From: Thalia democratica
Taxonomy: Eukaryota
DNA length: 64,000 nt
Assembly (NCBI GenBank): GCA_965202585.1
Contig: OZ241833.1
Location: forward strand, 34,348,001-34,412,000
Direction of reading: 5' to 3'
Each line of letters begins with the position of its first letter. The first letter of the stretch is position 1. The notes beneath the pieces were generated by a model. That model was given only the letters and a program-made list of their open reading frames with translations, ran no database searches and was not told where the DNA came from. Position numbers and translations under genes: made by a program. Shown here in pieces: positions 35,701-47,700 of the stretch.

Positions 35701-38700
35701 AGAAAAACCAACTTTTGTAACATTAGCTAAAATAGAACTTTAAGTTTTAACTTGTTGTTTTTTAACTCACTCAAGACGATATTTTCAGGCAAGGCCCTGG
35801 CAACAGTCAGGACTCCGTTTGCAGAAGTTTCCGGATTTTCTCCGTTGTCGTCAGTTTCAGTAACTTCAGTTGTGTCGTCATAAACACCAATAATTTTTCC
35901 CGCGTTTCCACTGGGAAAGTTCAATCGACTTTGCGAAAAACAGATGCTGTCTGTCGAGCCTGACAAAAAAGTCGTTTATGATATAAAGAACCGTATAAAG
36001 TTTCAACAAAGTAGAAAAACGGAATATCACTTTTTTAGATTTGAAAGTAAAGTATGATATTTATATTCATAAATAAACTTCTTCTTGGGTAGTTTGTTCA
36101 TAATGAAAAGCAAAAAAATTAAATCAACCTCGCCCTACAAAAATTACTATTCTGTTTGAAAAACTTTGGATATTAAAAATATCAAATTAGCTACGTATCT
36201 AATTTAACCACATAAAGTTTTTCTCGAGAATAACAAAATAAAATTGTGCAAAGTTGTTTGGTTAGCTTTGGGTTTCATCGAAAATCCTAAAGAATACAGA
36301 TACGAAGCTTGTATTTCTGTCTAAACAGTCAAAAATATAATCTGCATTTTAAAAATAGATTTTTTAGTAAAACTTGCTGGAAATACGGCTAAACTATCTA
36401 TACAGGTCACAAATATGTTATAGTAGTTATACTTTAAAATAAAAAAGGTAAGTTATTTCCAAGTCTTCAAGTTTTAAATTTGATGTTAAAATAAGTTTTT
36501 TATTCAGTTTTATTTTAAAGATTCACATTTAAGTTTCACCCGGTTTTAACCTAAAATTTTCACAACATTATATTTTTCAAGTAATTAAAAAACATATTTT
36601 AGATAGTTTAACAAAATGTAAATTCTATAACAACCAATACAAACAAAGCATAGTTACAAGGTAGTCTAAAAAAAGTTTAACAAAAAGTACTAAACAACAA
36701 AGTTTTTAAAGCTATGGGTTATTAACTATTTATTTTACTTAAAAATTTTTTTTTTGTCTAACAATGAATTAGATAATATAAAATAATAAATGAACAAAAC
36801 AGCTAGTTACAGTAGTTTACAAAACAGGCAATATTTGCATGTATAGAAAATTCTATTAATATATAGTCTAACTACTTACTTGTATCGCTTTTTAAGCTTC
36901 CATTTTCTGTTTCAGGTAACGCCCTAGCAACAGACAGGACTCCGTTTGCAGAAGTTTCTGGATTTTCTCCGTTGTCGTCAGTTTCAGTTACTTCGGTTGT
37001 GTCGTCATAAACACCAACAATTTTTCCCGCGTTTCCGCTGGGAAAGTTCAACTGACTTTTTGCGATACTAACATTGCTCGTCGAGCCTGATAAAAAACAA
37101 ATAGTCATAAAAAATACACATTAACTTAATTAAGATAACACAAACAAATACCTTCTACACTTTCTTGAGGTATTACGCTCAACAATGTGTGGTAGCCTGT
37201 GAAATAAATAAATGATAAAATAAAAAATCACAATAGTATTGAAGTGAATTTTTAAAATATATTAGTTAACAGCACACTGTTTCAAAAGAACAGTTTCGGT
37301 TGTAGTTTAAAATTTGTTCCCAAAACAGATGTTACAACACTATTTTCTTTATTATATTAAAGTATCCACGTAAACTATTTTTAAAAACGTATTTTAAATT
37401 TTAACTTAGTTTTCCATATCAAACAAGAATTACGAAAAGCTTGAAAAATGTACAAAGTTGGCTGCGAACTTTAAAAAAAATTAAATACTGCAAGTTATAA
37501 AACTACAAGTTTCCAGCACTAACTCGGTTTGTTTTGGTTGCTTGGCAACTTCCTGATAACGGTGTGGGCTCCGTCGCAGTAAAATTCAGGGTTTTCCCCG
37601 TCATCATCTGTTTCCATGTAGACGGTTTGCTTGTCGACGACCCCGACTATCTTGCCCGCGTTCCCCTTTTGAAAGTTGAGCTGGGACTTGAGGATGTAGA
37701 TCCCCTCGACGTCTTCTATTGAATCTATGAGGCTCCCGAGGCCACCTGGTGGTTAATTTTAAAGTAAGAACTGCACTTGAATCAAAACCTTTTTAAATAC
37801 AAGCTTTAAAATTAAAACTATCACAACAGGTTGAAGCTAAAAATATAGCACAACTGACTGATGACACGTTCAACTGGTGTTTCTTCTCGTATGGTTTCCA
37901 ACGGAGCCCTGGCAACGTTCAAAACTCCGTGGATTGTTCCCACTTCGGGGTTTTCACCGTTTTCGTCGGTTTCGGTATTTTCGATGGTCTTGTCGTAAAC
38001 ACCCATAATATTTCCTTCCTTGCCTTTCGGAATTTCGAGGTTGCTTCTATTGATACTAGTGTTGCTTGTCGAACCTTTAAATTATTTTTATAATCTATTT
38101 AAAACAATTATAAGAGCCAAAACTTTTTTTGTAAATGATGAAATTTTGAAAAAAGCTGTCAAGAGCAAGTCTAAATTAAATTGAAAAAACACAAACTAAA
38201 ATGCAAGTTTGTTTATTCTTTTACAAGATTTTTTGCAAGGACAAATATGTTTAGAAAAGTAATGAGTAAGTTGTCATCAATAAAAGGCATAAAAACCTTC
38301 AATACTTGGTTTACTTTCCGATTGTACTGGCTTTTTTTCTTCTTCTTTTTCTGTCAAAAAAAAAAATTAACAGTTAAGATGAAGAACTAAGTTTACTGAC
38401 TTATCACTTGGTAAGTTAGGTTACTTTTTCATTAAAAATGTGAAGTAAAACTTTTGAAATATCAAGTACTATATGTTTTGATTTTTAGAAAACAAACAAA
38501 GAGATCTCAGCTACTAGAGGAGAAATAATGTATTTATTTTTTCAAGACTTTGTTATCCAAGCTAAGAACTGACGAGGTCTTTGACCAAAACTTGGGTGCA
38601 CGACAATTCAAATTCGGACAATTCAAATTCCGACAATTCAAATTCTTAAAAAAAAATTAAAGCAGCCACAAATAAAAATGTAATGTTTATTTGTCAAATA

Positions 38701-41700
38701 TAAAAAAACAAATATTTAGGTCATATTAATATCTACAAGCCATTTTTTTCATTTTTGTAAAACATTAAATATATTTTGAGATATGGATTAAATAAAGTAA
38801 AAATCATAATTATTTTTAGTAATTTTAAAATATCTTGAAAAGTATGCTACGTTTTAAAAAAAAGAAAAAAGTGGCTTGTAGATATTAATAAGATCTACAT
38901 ATGTATTTTTTATTTTTTTCAAACTTATATTGCTTATTGAGATATAGTCTTTTAAATATTTTTTTAAGAATTTGAATTGTCGGAATTTGAGTTGTCCGAA
39001 TTTGAATTGTCATGTAACCCCAAAACTTAGTTTGCATAGTAAAGTCTTGAAAGAATAAATAAATATCCAGTATGGTAAAAACTGTGCAAGTGTTTAGCAA
39101 TATAAATGTAGTTTAACATACTAATTTACTATTTAATGAAAATATCAAAAACAAGTAGACTACCTTGAACCTTTGGATCAATTATAGAATTTTCAGGTGT
39201 TTTGTTTTCTGTTAATAAATTGTTTTATATTAGATGATAAGTTAGAAATATAGTTTATCTTGAATTTAATTTTTTTTTAATCTTATACATATTGTATTTT
39301 GATAAATAAAAAAACTAGTAATTACAAAAAAAAAAAACATAATATATAGCCGTTATACTGTAAAGTAAAAAGTCAAACTTTTGCTGTTTGGTATATAACC
39401 AACTTAATTGTTTATTAAGTAAAAGAAAAAATTTAAGGTAACTTTTTGCTTGATTTATTACTATTACAAGTTGAATTACACTTTTTTATAAAAAAGTACA
39501 ATTTATTAGAAGTCTATACTCTTGGGTCAACAAAGATTATTAACTACCTTAGATATTTGTTTTAGTCGGCTTTTTTTTCTAATTTTTATATTTATAATTT
39601 TTTATATTTGTGCTGATTTTTTTTCTTAACTGAGCCAACATATAACCATTAAGCTCTAAAAGTCTAAACCTTCTAAATAAACTTTTTATGTTGCAAAAAT
39701 TCTATACAAACATTTTTAATTCTAGGCCAAGAAAAACCAAGTGAAACGTTTATTTTTTATCGCAAAACGGTTTAAATATCTCAATAACAATTACAAGCAA
39801 AATCAAACCTTTATTACTGACAACTTCTTTCCTAGCATCTACAACCTCCTTCCTCGGGAAGAAATCGGCCATGTTGATCACGATGTTCTGTACGTTGTTG
39901 GTGACCGTTCCATTTCCCCCTCCCTGCTGGTTGTTCAGCTGATCCAGCTTGATCATGCGAGGGACCCCGTTCTCGTCCGGTATGCTGATCATGATGTGCT
40001 GCTCGTTGTTCGTGCTCGGGGGATTCACCGTCTGTTTCGGAACGCCTAATACGTTATTTTGCGGGTTTTTCTCCGAATCGCGCCTTTCTTTTGCTGGCTC
40101 CGCGACTGAGGTCTGGCTCTCGTCCGAACTGCTTGATGCGTCGAAGAAAAACTGGTTTCGGCTGAGTTCAAGCTTTTTCGGTTCAAAGTCGAAACCTCCT
40201 TTGGATACGGGCTTGCCCAGAGGGTTTAAACTGTTTTCCAGTTTCAGGAAAAATGAATGTTCAGACTTGACAGGCCTGCCGAGCTGTGGGGTTAAACCTA
40301 TTTCAGGTTCTGATTTGTTAGCTGAATTAAGCTTAACTTCTGATGCTACTACTAATTTTAGGTCTGGTACTGATTTCAATACATTTTCAGGTTCCGGATC
40401 AGGCTCTACAACTTTTAGCGGTTTCTGTATTGGCTCTGGTTCAACAACTGTTTCAGGTTCTGGCTCAGGTTGTGATTCAGGTTGTGGCTCAGGGTCTGGC
40501 TCAGGTACCGGTTCAAGTTCTGGCTCAGTTACCGGTTCAGGCTCAGGTTCTGGTTCAGGTTCTGGTTCAGGTTCCGGTTGTGGCTCAGGTTCTGGTTCGG
40601 GTTCTGGTTCAGGTTGTGGCTCAGGTTGTGGCTCAGATTCTGGTTCAGGTTCCGGTTCAGGTTGTGGCTCAGGTTCTGGTTCGGGTTCTGGTTCAGGTTC
40701 TGGCTCAGGTTCTGGTTCAGGTTCTGGCTCAGGTTCTGGTTCAGGTTCTGGTTCAGGTACAGGTTCAGGTACAGGTTCAGGTTCAGGCTCTACTTCCACT
40801 ACTGTCTCTTTTCTCGATTCCTCGACCGGCTCCACTCTGGCTGTTTCCTGCTTCGCCTGCCTACCACCAAAAAAGTCGGCCATGTTGATTGCAATGTTCT
40901 GCATGTTGTTCACAGTCGAGGGTAACCCCCCTTGACCCTGCTGCTCGTTCAGCTGGTTCACCCGCATCATGGTCGGCGCCCCATCGTTGCCGGGCATGCT
41001 GATCGAGAAGTTCTGCTCGTTCCTCGTCTTCACTGCTTCGACAGGTTCTACCACTTTTTCAGGTTCTCTACAAACCAGCACTTCGGGTTCTGGTTTAATA
41101 ACTGGTTCTAAACTTACAACCGGGTCATCAACTACAACTTCTTCAAGCTCCGGCACTGAAACTACCTCCGATTTCGCTTCTTCAACTGTTTCAGGCTCTA
41201 CTTCTACTTGCACAACTGTGTCTGGTTTCACTTTTTTTACAGATTCTTTTTTCTCAACATTTTTGCACTCCACAGCTTCGCTCGGCTTGGGCTCGTTTTT
41301 TTCCAAACTTTTCGGCTCGACTTTCACCACTGTCTCTTTCCTCGCTTCCTCGACAGCCTGCGCCTTTGTCGCTGCCTCCGGCTTCGTTTCGCTTGAGTTT
41401 GCCTGCCTGCCACCAAAAAAGTCGGCCATGTTGATTGCAATGTTCTGGATGTTGTTCACAGTCGAGGGTAACCCCCCTTGACCCTGCTGCGCGTTCAGCT
41501 GGTTCACCCGCATCATGGTCGGCGCCCCGTCGTTGCCGGGCATGCTGATCGAGAAGTTCTGCTCATTCCTCGTCTTCACTGCTTCGACCGGCTGCACCTT
41601 GTTCGACCTGAAGTAGGAGAACAGGCTCTTGCGCGACTTTTGCGCGGGAACGACGTCCTTTATGGACTTTTTCGAAACTGCCAGCGACGGCGCGCTTTTC

Positions 41701-44700
41701 TTGTTCAAGTTCTCGCTTGCAACTGGAGCGGTGGCGAGCGCAAAGTCGTCGTTTTGAGTTGCGATTTCATTGGTGAGCGAAGACTCTTCGACCTGGTTCT
41801 TTTGCGGCTCTTCGCCGCGCTTTTCATACGTCGGAACATCTGCAGGCAGCATTTGCTGTTTGCTGCTGAAGAAATCCACGAGGCTTTCCTGCTTGCTGTC
41901 ACCCGCGTGGGGGTTTGTGTACCTGTAATTAAATTTTCTTGGTTGCGGGAATTACAAAAATAAGAAGTTAACATTCTAGCATAAAAAAAATATGTTGGAA
42001 AAAAATTTGACTAAACTTAAGGAAGTTTTAATTAAAGAATGCCTAAATTTTGTTCTACCAAATAAAATAACAAACTTTAAATTTTTATAGGGTTTTGTTT
42101 AATTTTAAGTACTTCAAAACCTCCTCAAAATCTTCACAGTCTTTAAGAAAATGTAAATTTAAAAGTAATGTATCTTTTCGACACGAAAAACATCTTTAAT
42201 TTAAATGAAACAACTCCGAATAACGTATAACAAGCCTAACAAAGATAATAAAAAAGTCATTACCACAGTGAGTACTCTGCCAGTTCATCGCCCACTTTGT
42301 TGTGCTTCTTCATGCAGAGCGGGAATGGGCAGCAGAACAAGCAGCAGACCATGCAGCACCCCCACAAGGTGGCCATCAAGAATATGAACATTATGAAGCC
42401 CAGTCCCCCCAGTGCGTCCGCTGTGGTGAGCAATTCAGGTAATTTGATGAATAAACAAACATAGTTCAAGTAATTGTTTTTGTTTTCAAAGTTTTTTCTT
42501 GTACTTCTTTTTATCTTGGTGCAAAAAGATTAGACAAGCTTTGATTAACCATTTTTGTATTAATTCATTCTCATATTAATTTATCATTCTATTTTAACTA
42601 AGATTATTTTTATTATACTTCTAATAATGTACTCTTTCTTTTTGTTAAAACATTGTTCGACTTATTTTTGTTCGTAAAAGTAGACTAGGTGGGAAATAAA
42701 AATCTAAAGATAGTTGTAAATATTAAGTTTGAAATTAAAAATCGGTATTTACTATTTTTATTTGCAGTTTGTTGTGGTAAAACAACTAACCTGACAAAGC
42801 GCCGACTTCAGGTTTACAGTTTCCACCTTGAGCAGCTGAAAAGTTATTTTGCTTACAAAACATGTTTCTATTTATCAAATATTAATATAAACAAAACAAC
42901 TTTTTCAGTTTAAATAATTTAGTTCATAACAATTTCTTAAAATCTATGCAAATTTACTAGAATTCATTTTAGTTTTGGAAAGTAAGTGAAAAACAAATGC
43001 TAAAATAAACTTAGTATTTTAATATTAAAACGATTGTTGCTACGAAAAAACCTCGAAAATCATTACAAAAAATAAAAATTTAGATTTAAAACTTTATTTA
43101 CTTCTGTTTGAAAATAAAAAAAATTTCTCTAGCCTAAAGAATATGCTTGTGTCTTAAAAAGTTGTATGTTTAATGCATTTTTATCAACATGAGAATTTAA
43201 AGTTTAGTAAACATATTTAAGTTTCATATTTGAAAAAACTGTTTAGTAGATGACTTAAGCTATATTTTATTGCTATATAAAAAAGCAATCAATTTTAGTG
43301 TTCAAAAATTTAGTTACCACTACATAAAACATTGAGTCTTAACTTGAAGCAGTTTTCAATAATCTAAATTAAAAAAAAAAATATTACCAGGGTTGGGCCA
43401 AGTTATGAGAGGTACAGTTTCGTTGAGGAACGATTTAGTAGTGCCACATTGGTAAACTTCATTGGTGAACTTGTATGATGGGTTGAACATCTTTACCTCC
43501 TCTGTATTATCAAGTATAAATTAACTTTTGTTTTTGCTTCAGGAATAAGTTGCAATAGGTTGTTTTTTCTTTAGTAACACTTTTTTGTCTCAATATTAAT
43601 TTACATAAGCTCAAGTCTGTCAGTCTTAAGCTTGACAAGAGTAAAGTTAAAACAAAGTTTTAATTTGTATAACTAGCAAGGTATTAATATTTTATTTTCA
43701 TTTGTTTTAAATTATCTTGACATTTTAAATGTTTAAAAACTTTTCAAAATATAGTTTTCTAGTTTTTCAAATCGTGTTTGGAACTATTTTGTAGACGAAA
43801 AACTTATTAAGAGCATAATATCATAACTCTAGCCTCTGAAACTTTTTTCAAATTCTTTTCTGAACACAAGAGTAAGGGATTGAGATCCTCTATCTACTGA
43901 TACTGACTGCACTTCCACTAAATACAAGTCTTCCAGTTTTTCTTTGCATTCTTTAAAATGAAAACAATTTACTACTAAGTAAATAGTTTTATGAAAACTT
44001 AATTTTAGTTATAACATAGTAAATAAAAAAATAAAAAACATATTTGATAAAATAAGATTACAATGCATTATTTTTCATGTAAAGTTTTTTTTCTTTTTAG
44101 TAAACAATCGTTGTAAAAGTAGCTTGTTTAAAGTTTAAGTTCTACTGAATTTTTTTCAATCAGAAATACTAAAATATGTTTCTAACTTTTGTCTTTTTTT
44201 AAAGCTTTTGTGTCTTTTTACAGCTGCCAAAATACTTTCAGATATAAAACAAAGCTTTTTACTAATGTCCGTTAAAACTTATAAGAACGTATAACTTTTA
44301 AACAGTCAAAGCATACTGCTAGAAAACTGCTAAAATTATTAAAAATAAATTTAATAAGCGAACTCTTAAGCCATTCTATTTATTTAATTAAGTAGAAGTC
44401 ACAGAAGTCTTTAAAACACCACTCTCTCAAAGCTGTACAGTTGAAATACATATTACTTGCTCGAGTTGTTTTTAAACTAAAATTCATGACCAACCATACA
44501 GGACGGACACTTCATCAAATGAGAGCCGAATCCCCCTTAGTTTTTCGTTCACCTCAACTTTCTTGAACTGGTCTCCGCAGCTGCCGTCGTAAATGCCACT
44601 TGCTGTGTCTGTTTTTCACCAAATATAAACATCTGATAAATTACATTTTATTACATTTTTTCTTTACTTGAAAGTACAACTTTTAGATCCAAAAAATATG

Positions 44701-47700
44701 TACAATAGTTGCATTTTACGTGAGAATTATTAAAATTTAAGCAGTATTTTTTTACGTGATTAAAACAATTTACTAGCAAATGCTGGTGAAGTAAATGTAC
44801 TTCACTTCAGACAAGCAAACTAACAGTTTTACTGTTTTGTAGGCAAGTAAACAACCAACTGTACACACATGTGTTCAGTTTACTAACAAATGGGTAAGTG
44901 TACATATTTGTAGTTTACTAATAAATGAGTAAGTGTACATATTTGTAGTTTACTAACGTATGAGTAAGTGTACATATTTGTAGTTTACTAACAAATATGT
45001 ACATATTTGTAATTTACTAACAAATGAGTAAATGTACATATTTGTAACTTACTAACAAATGAGTAAATGTACATATTTGTAACTTACTAACAAATAGATA
45101 AAAGTACATATTTGTTGTTTACTAACAAATGAGTAAATGTACATATTTGTAGTTTACTAACAAATAGATAAGTGTACATATTTTTAGTTTACTAACAAAT
45201 GCTGTTGAAGTATCCCTTCAGCCCGATGGCGAAACCCCCGTCTCCGGGTCCCACCGTGCGGAAGTGAATGTTCAGCTTGCCGTCGGTTGATACCACCCTC
45301 TGTTGCCCCTCCAGCCTACCTCCGTACTTTCCCAACAACACGTTGTTCGAGTACACCTTCGAATGATGATTTTTAAACTACAAACACAAGCAATAATATT
45401 GTTTCGTAGAATTCCAAGCAATAATGATGGTTTGTAAGCTATGAATACTCAAATAAGACTTTGTGAGCGTTGTCCTAACTTAAAAGTTATAAGTTATTAA
45501 ATAATTATTTGACATTAGATAAATATTTAGACAAACAATTTAGTTATTAACAGCAGTTGAATAACTATCATGATATAAAAAACATAAAAAATAATTTCAA
45601 CTATAGATTTACTCTAATTTAAATAGTTTTATAAGTATAAAAAAGAACTACACTAATCATAATCTTTATGACATTCAGTTTAGTAAATTAAAACGTAAGT
45701 ACTTGATTACCAAGGATCTTTATAAACTTTAAATAACCAATACATTTTGTTAAAACTTTATGAAGCATCATTAACAGTCGAAATATTAAAAACCTCATTA
45801 ATTTAAAACTTTTAAACACTTAGACAATTTTTACCCTAGGTATTAGAACTAAAATTATAAAAAGTATGATTTTTTTAAACAGGGGTTCTCTTACCACAAT
45901 TAGAGTGTCGAAATTTAAAACAACACAACAAACAATAAACAAAATCCAAAATATATAAAAAAGAAAGATAAATTTTACAATTAAAATCTGATTATAACAA
46001 TCGTCTTTTAAAATTTACGATTTTTTCAAAATTAAGCTTGTTCTAGTACAAATCTAAGTCTACTTAAAAGTTTATCAAAAAAAAAAAACGGACTAAAAAA
46101 TATTTCCAATCGTAACTTAGTCAAAACCAACCAGCATCTCGTCGCAGTCCCTCAGCTTCCCCTCCTCGATGACCAGCTCCACCTGGTTGCCCGCCGTCGT
46201 GCACAGGTTGTACTCGCACTCCAGGTAGTCCCCGTAGAACTGCGGGTAGTTGGGCGTCTGGAACACTTGCTTCTGCGTTGGGGCCACGGCGTCGAAGCCG
46301 CACACTTTCGCCTCGTCCGAGGTCCTGTTGAGCGCCTCGTCGCTCACCGAGGTGTACATGCCCTTGAAGCCGACCTTGGCGAAAATTTTGTCGGTGACGA
46401 ACTTCACGGTGATTTCCCGTCCCAAGGAAATGAACACCCTGGGCCTGCCCACGTCGCCGGCGATGACTCCCAGCAGCTTGCCGTTCGAAGAGATCTAAAA
46501 GTAGGTGCAAGTATTGAATAACAAAGAAGTTATACATAAAATCAAGGACTGCTTACAACAAACAACATAAAAATTGAAAATAAAAAGAAACAACAGTGAG
46601 AGCAAACAATAATCGAAAAAATTGTTAGAAATTTAAAATAAAATTAAAACCTCCATGCGGTCGCAGCAGCACTCCGAAGTGCCGTCCAAGACGGTGAAGT
46701 TGACCTTCATGCCCTCCTCCGCCGTGAACACCCACTCCCCGTACATGTCCGACGGGTACTTCTCCGGGTAGTTCGGGGTGGTGAACTCCGAGATGTAGTC
46801 GGTCGCCACAGCCTCGAACCCGAATCGCTTCTTGGTGCTGACGTTGTCGAAGAAGGTGGGCACCGGAGTGGTTTCCTGTGGTTTTTCCTGGGGTTCATCT
46901 CGAGGTGGTGGATTTGGGCTGTTTCCCGATGAAGACCCAAAGTTGTTTGAACTCCCAAAGCTGTTACTGCCGTAATTACTGTTGCCATAGCTGCCGCCAT
47001 AAATACTGCTGCCGCCGTAGTAAGAGTTGTAGTAAGAATTGTAGTAAGAGTTTAAATAGCTCGGCGAGTAGAAGCTGGAGCTGCCATAGCCGTACGGGGA
47101 ATACCCGTAGCCAAAACTGAGACTCGGGCTGTAGGTACTTCCGAACGAGCTGCTTCCGCCGTAAGTGTTCCCGTAGCTGTTCTGCGTGTTAATGTAGGTG
47201 TTCGACGCGCTGTTTTGAGTACTCTGCTGGTTGTTTTGCACGTTGCTAGCCGAGTTCTGATTGTTCGACGAACCGCTGCTGGAGGTTGAGCCTCCGTTTA
47301 CCGACCAGCCGTCGGTAGACCAGCCGCTGTCGGAGCTACTGTCGTCGTCTTTCGCGTTGTCATTGTTACTACTAACATCATTGTTGTTGGTCTGAACGTT
47401 GTTATTGTTGGTTTGAACGTTGCTTGATGATATATACGTTGGTTGACTGTTTCCGCTGCTAATATATATTGTGCTTCCATAAGAAGGAAACGACGAAAAG
47501 TCGTACGTGTAGTAGCTCCGGTAGCTCGGCTTCAGGCTGTAGTAGCCGGTGAACCCGCTGTAGACCCCGTTCTGATCCGACTTGAACCTCACGATGAGCT
47601 CGTTGCCGTCGCTCTCGAACCTCTTGGGCGTCCTGATCGATCCCGATATCTCCTCCTTTATGCACCCGTCGCTGATCACCTCCAGCTTGTCGCAGCACTC

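Noticed and set aside
39741-41974. Gly-Ser, Val-Gln and Phe-Arg-Trp repeat ORFs overlapping the EP repeat
   Set aside because: Alternative frames and strand of the same hexanucleotide microsatellite.
44616-44618. In-frame TGA as selenocysteine
   Set aside because: No SECIS identified, no redox motif context, and a downstream acceptor bypasses it.
44878-45200. 35-bp array as a CRISPR-like locus
   Set aside because: Head-to-tail units with no unique spacers, no cas genes, eukaryotic intron.
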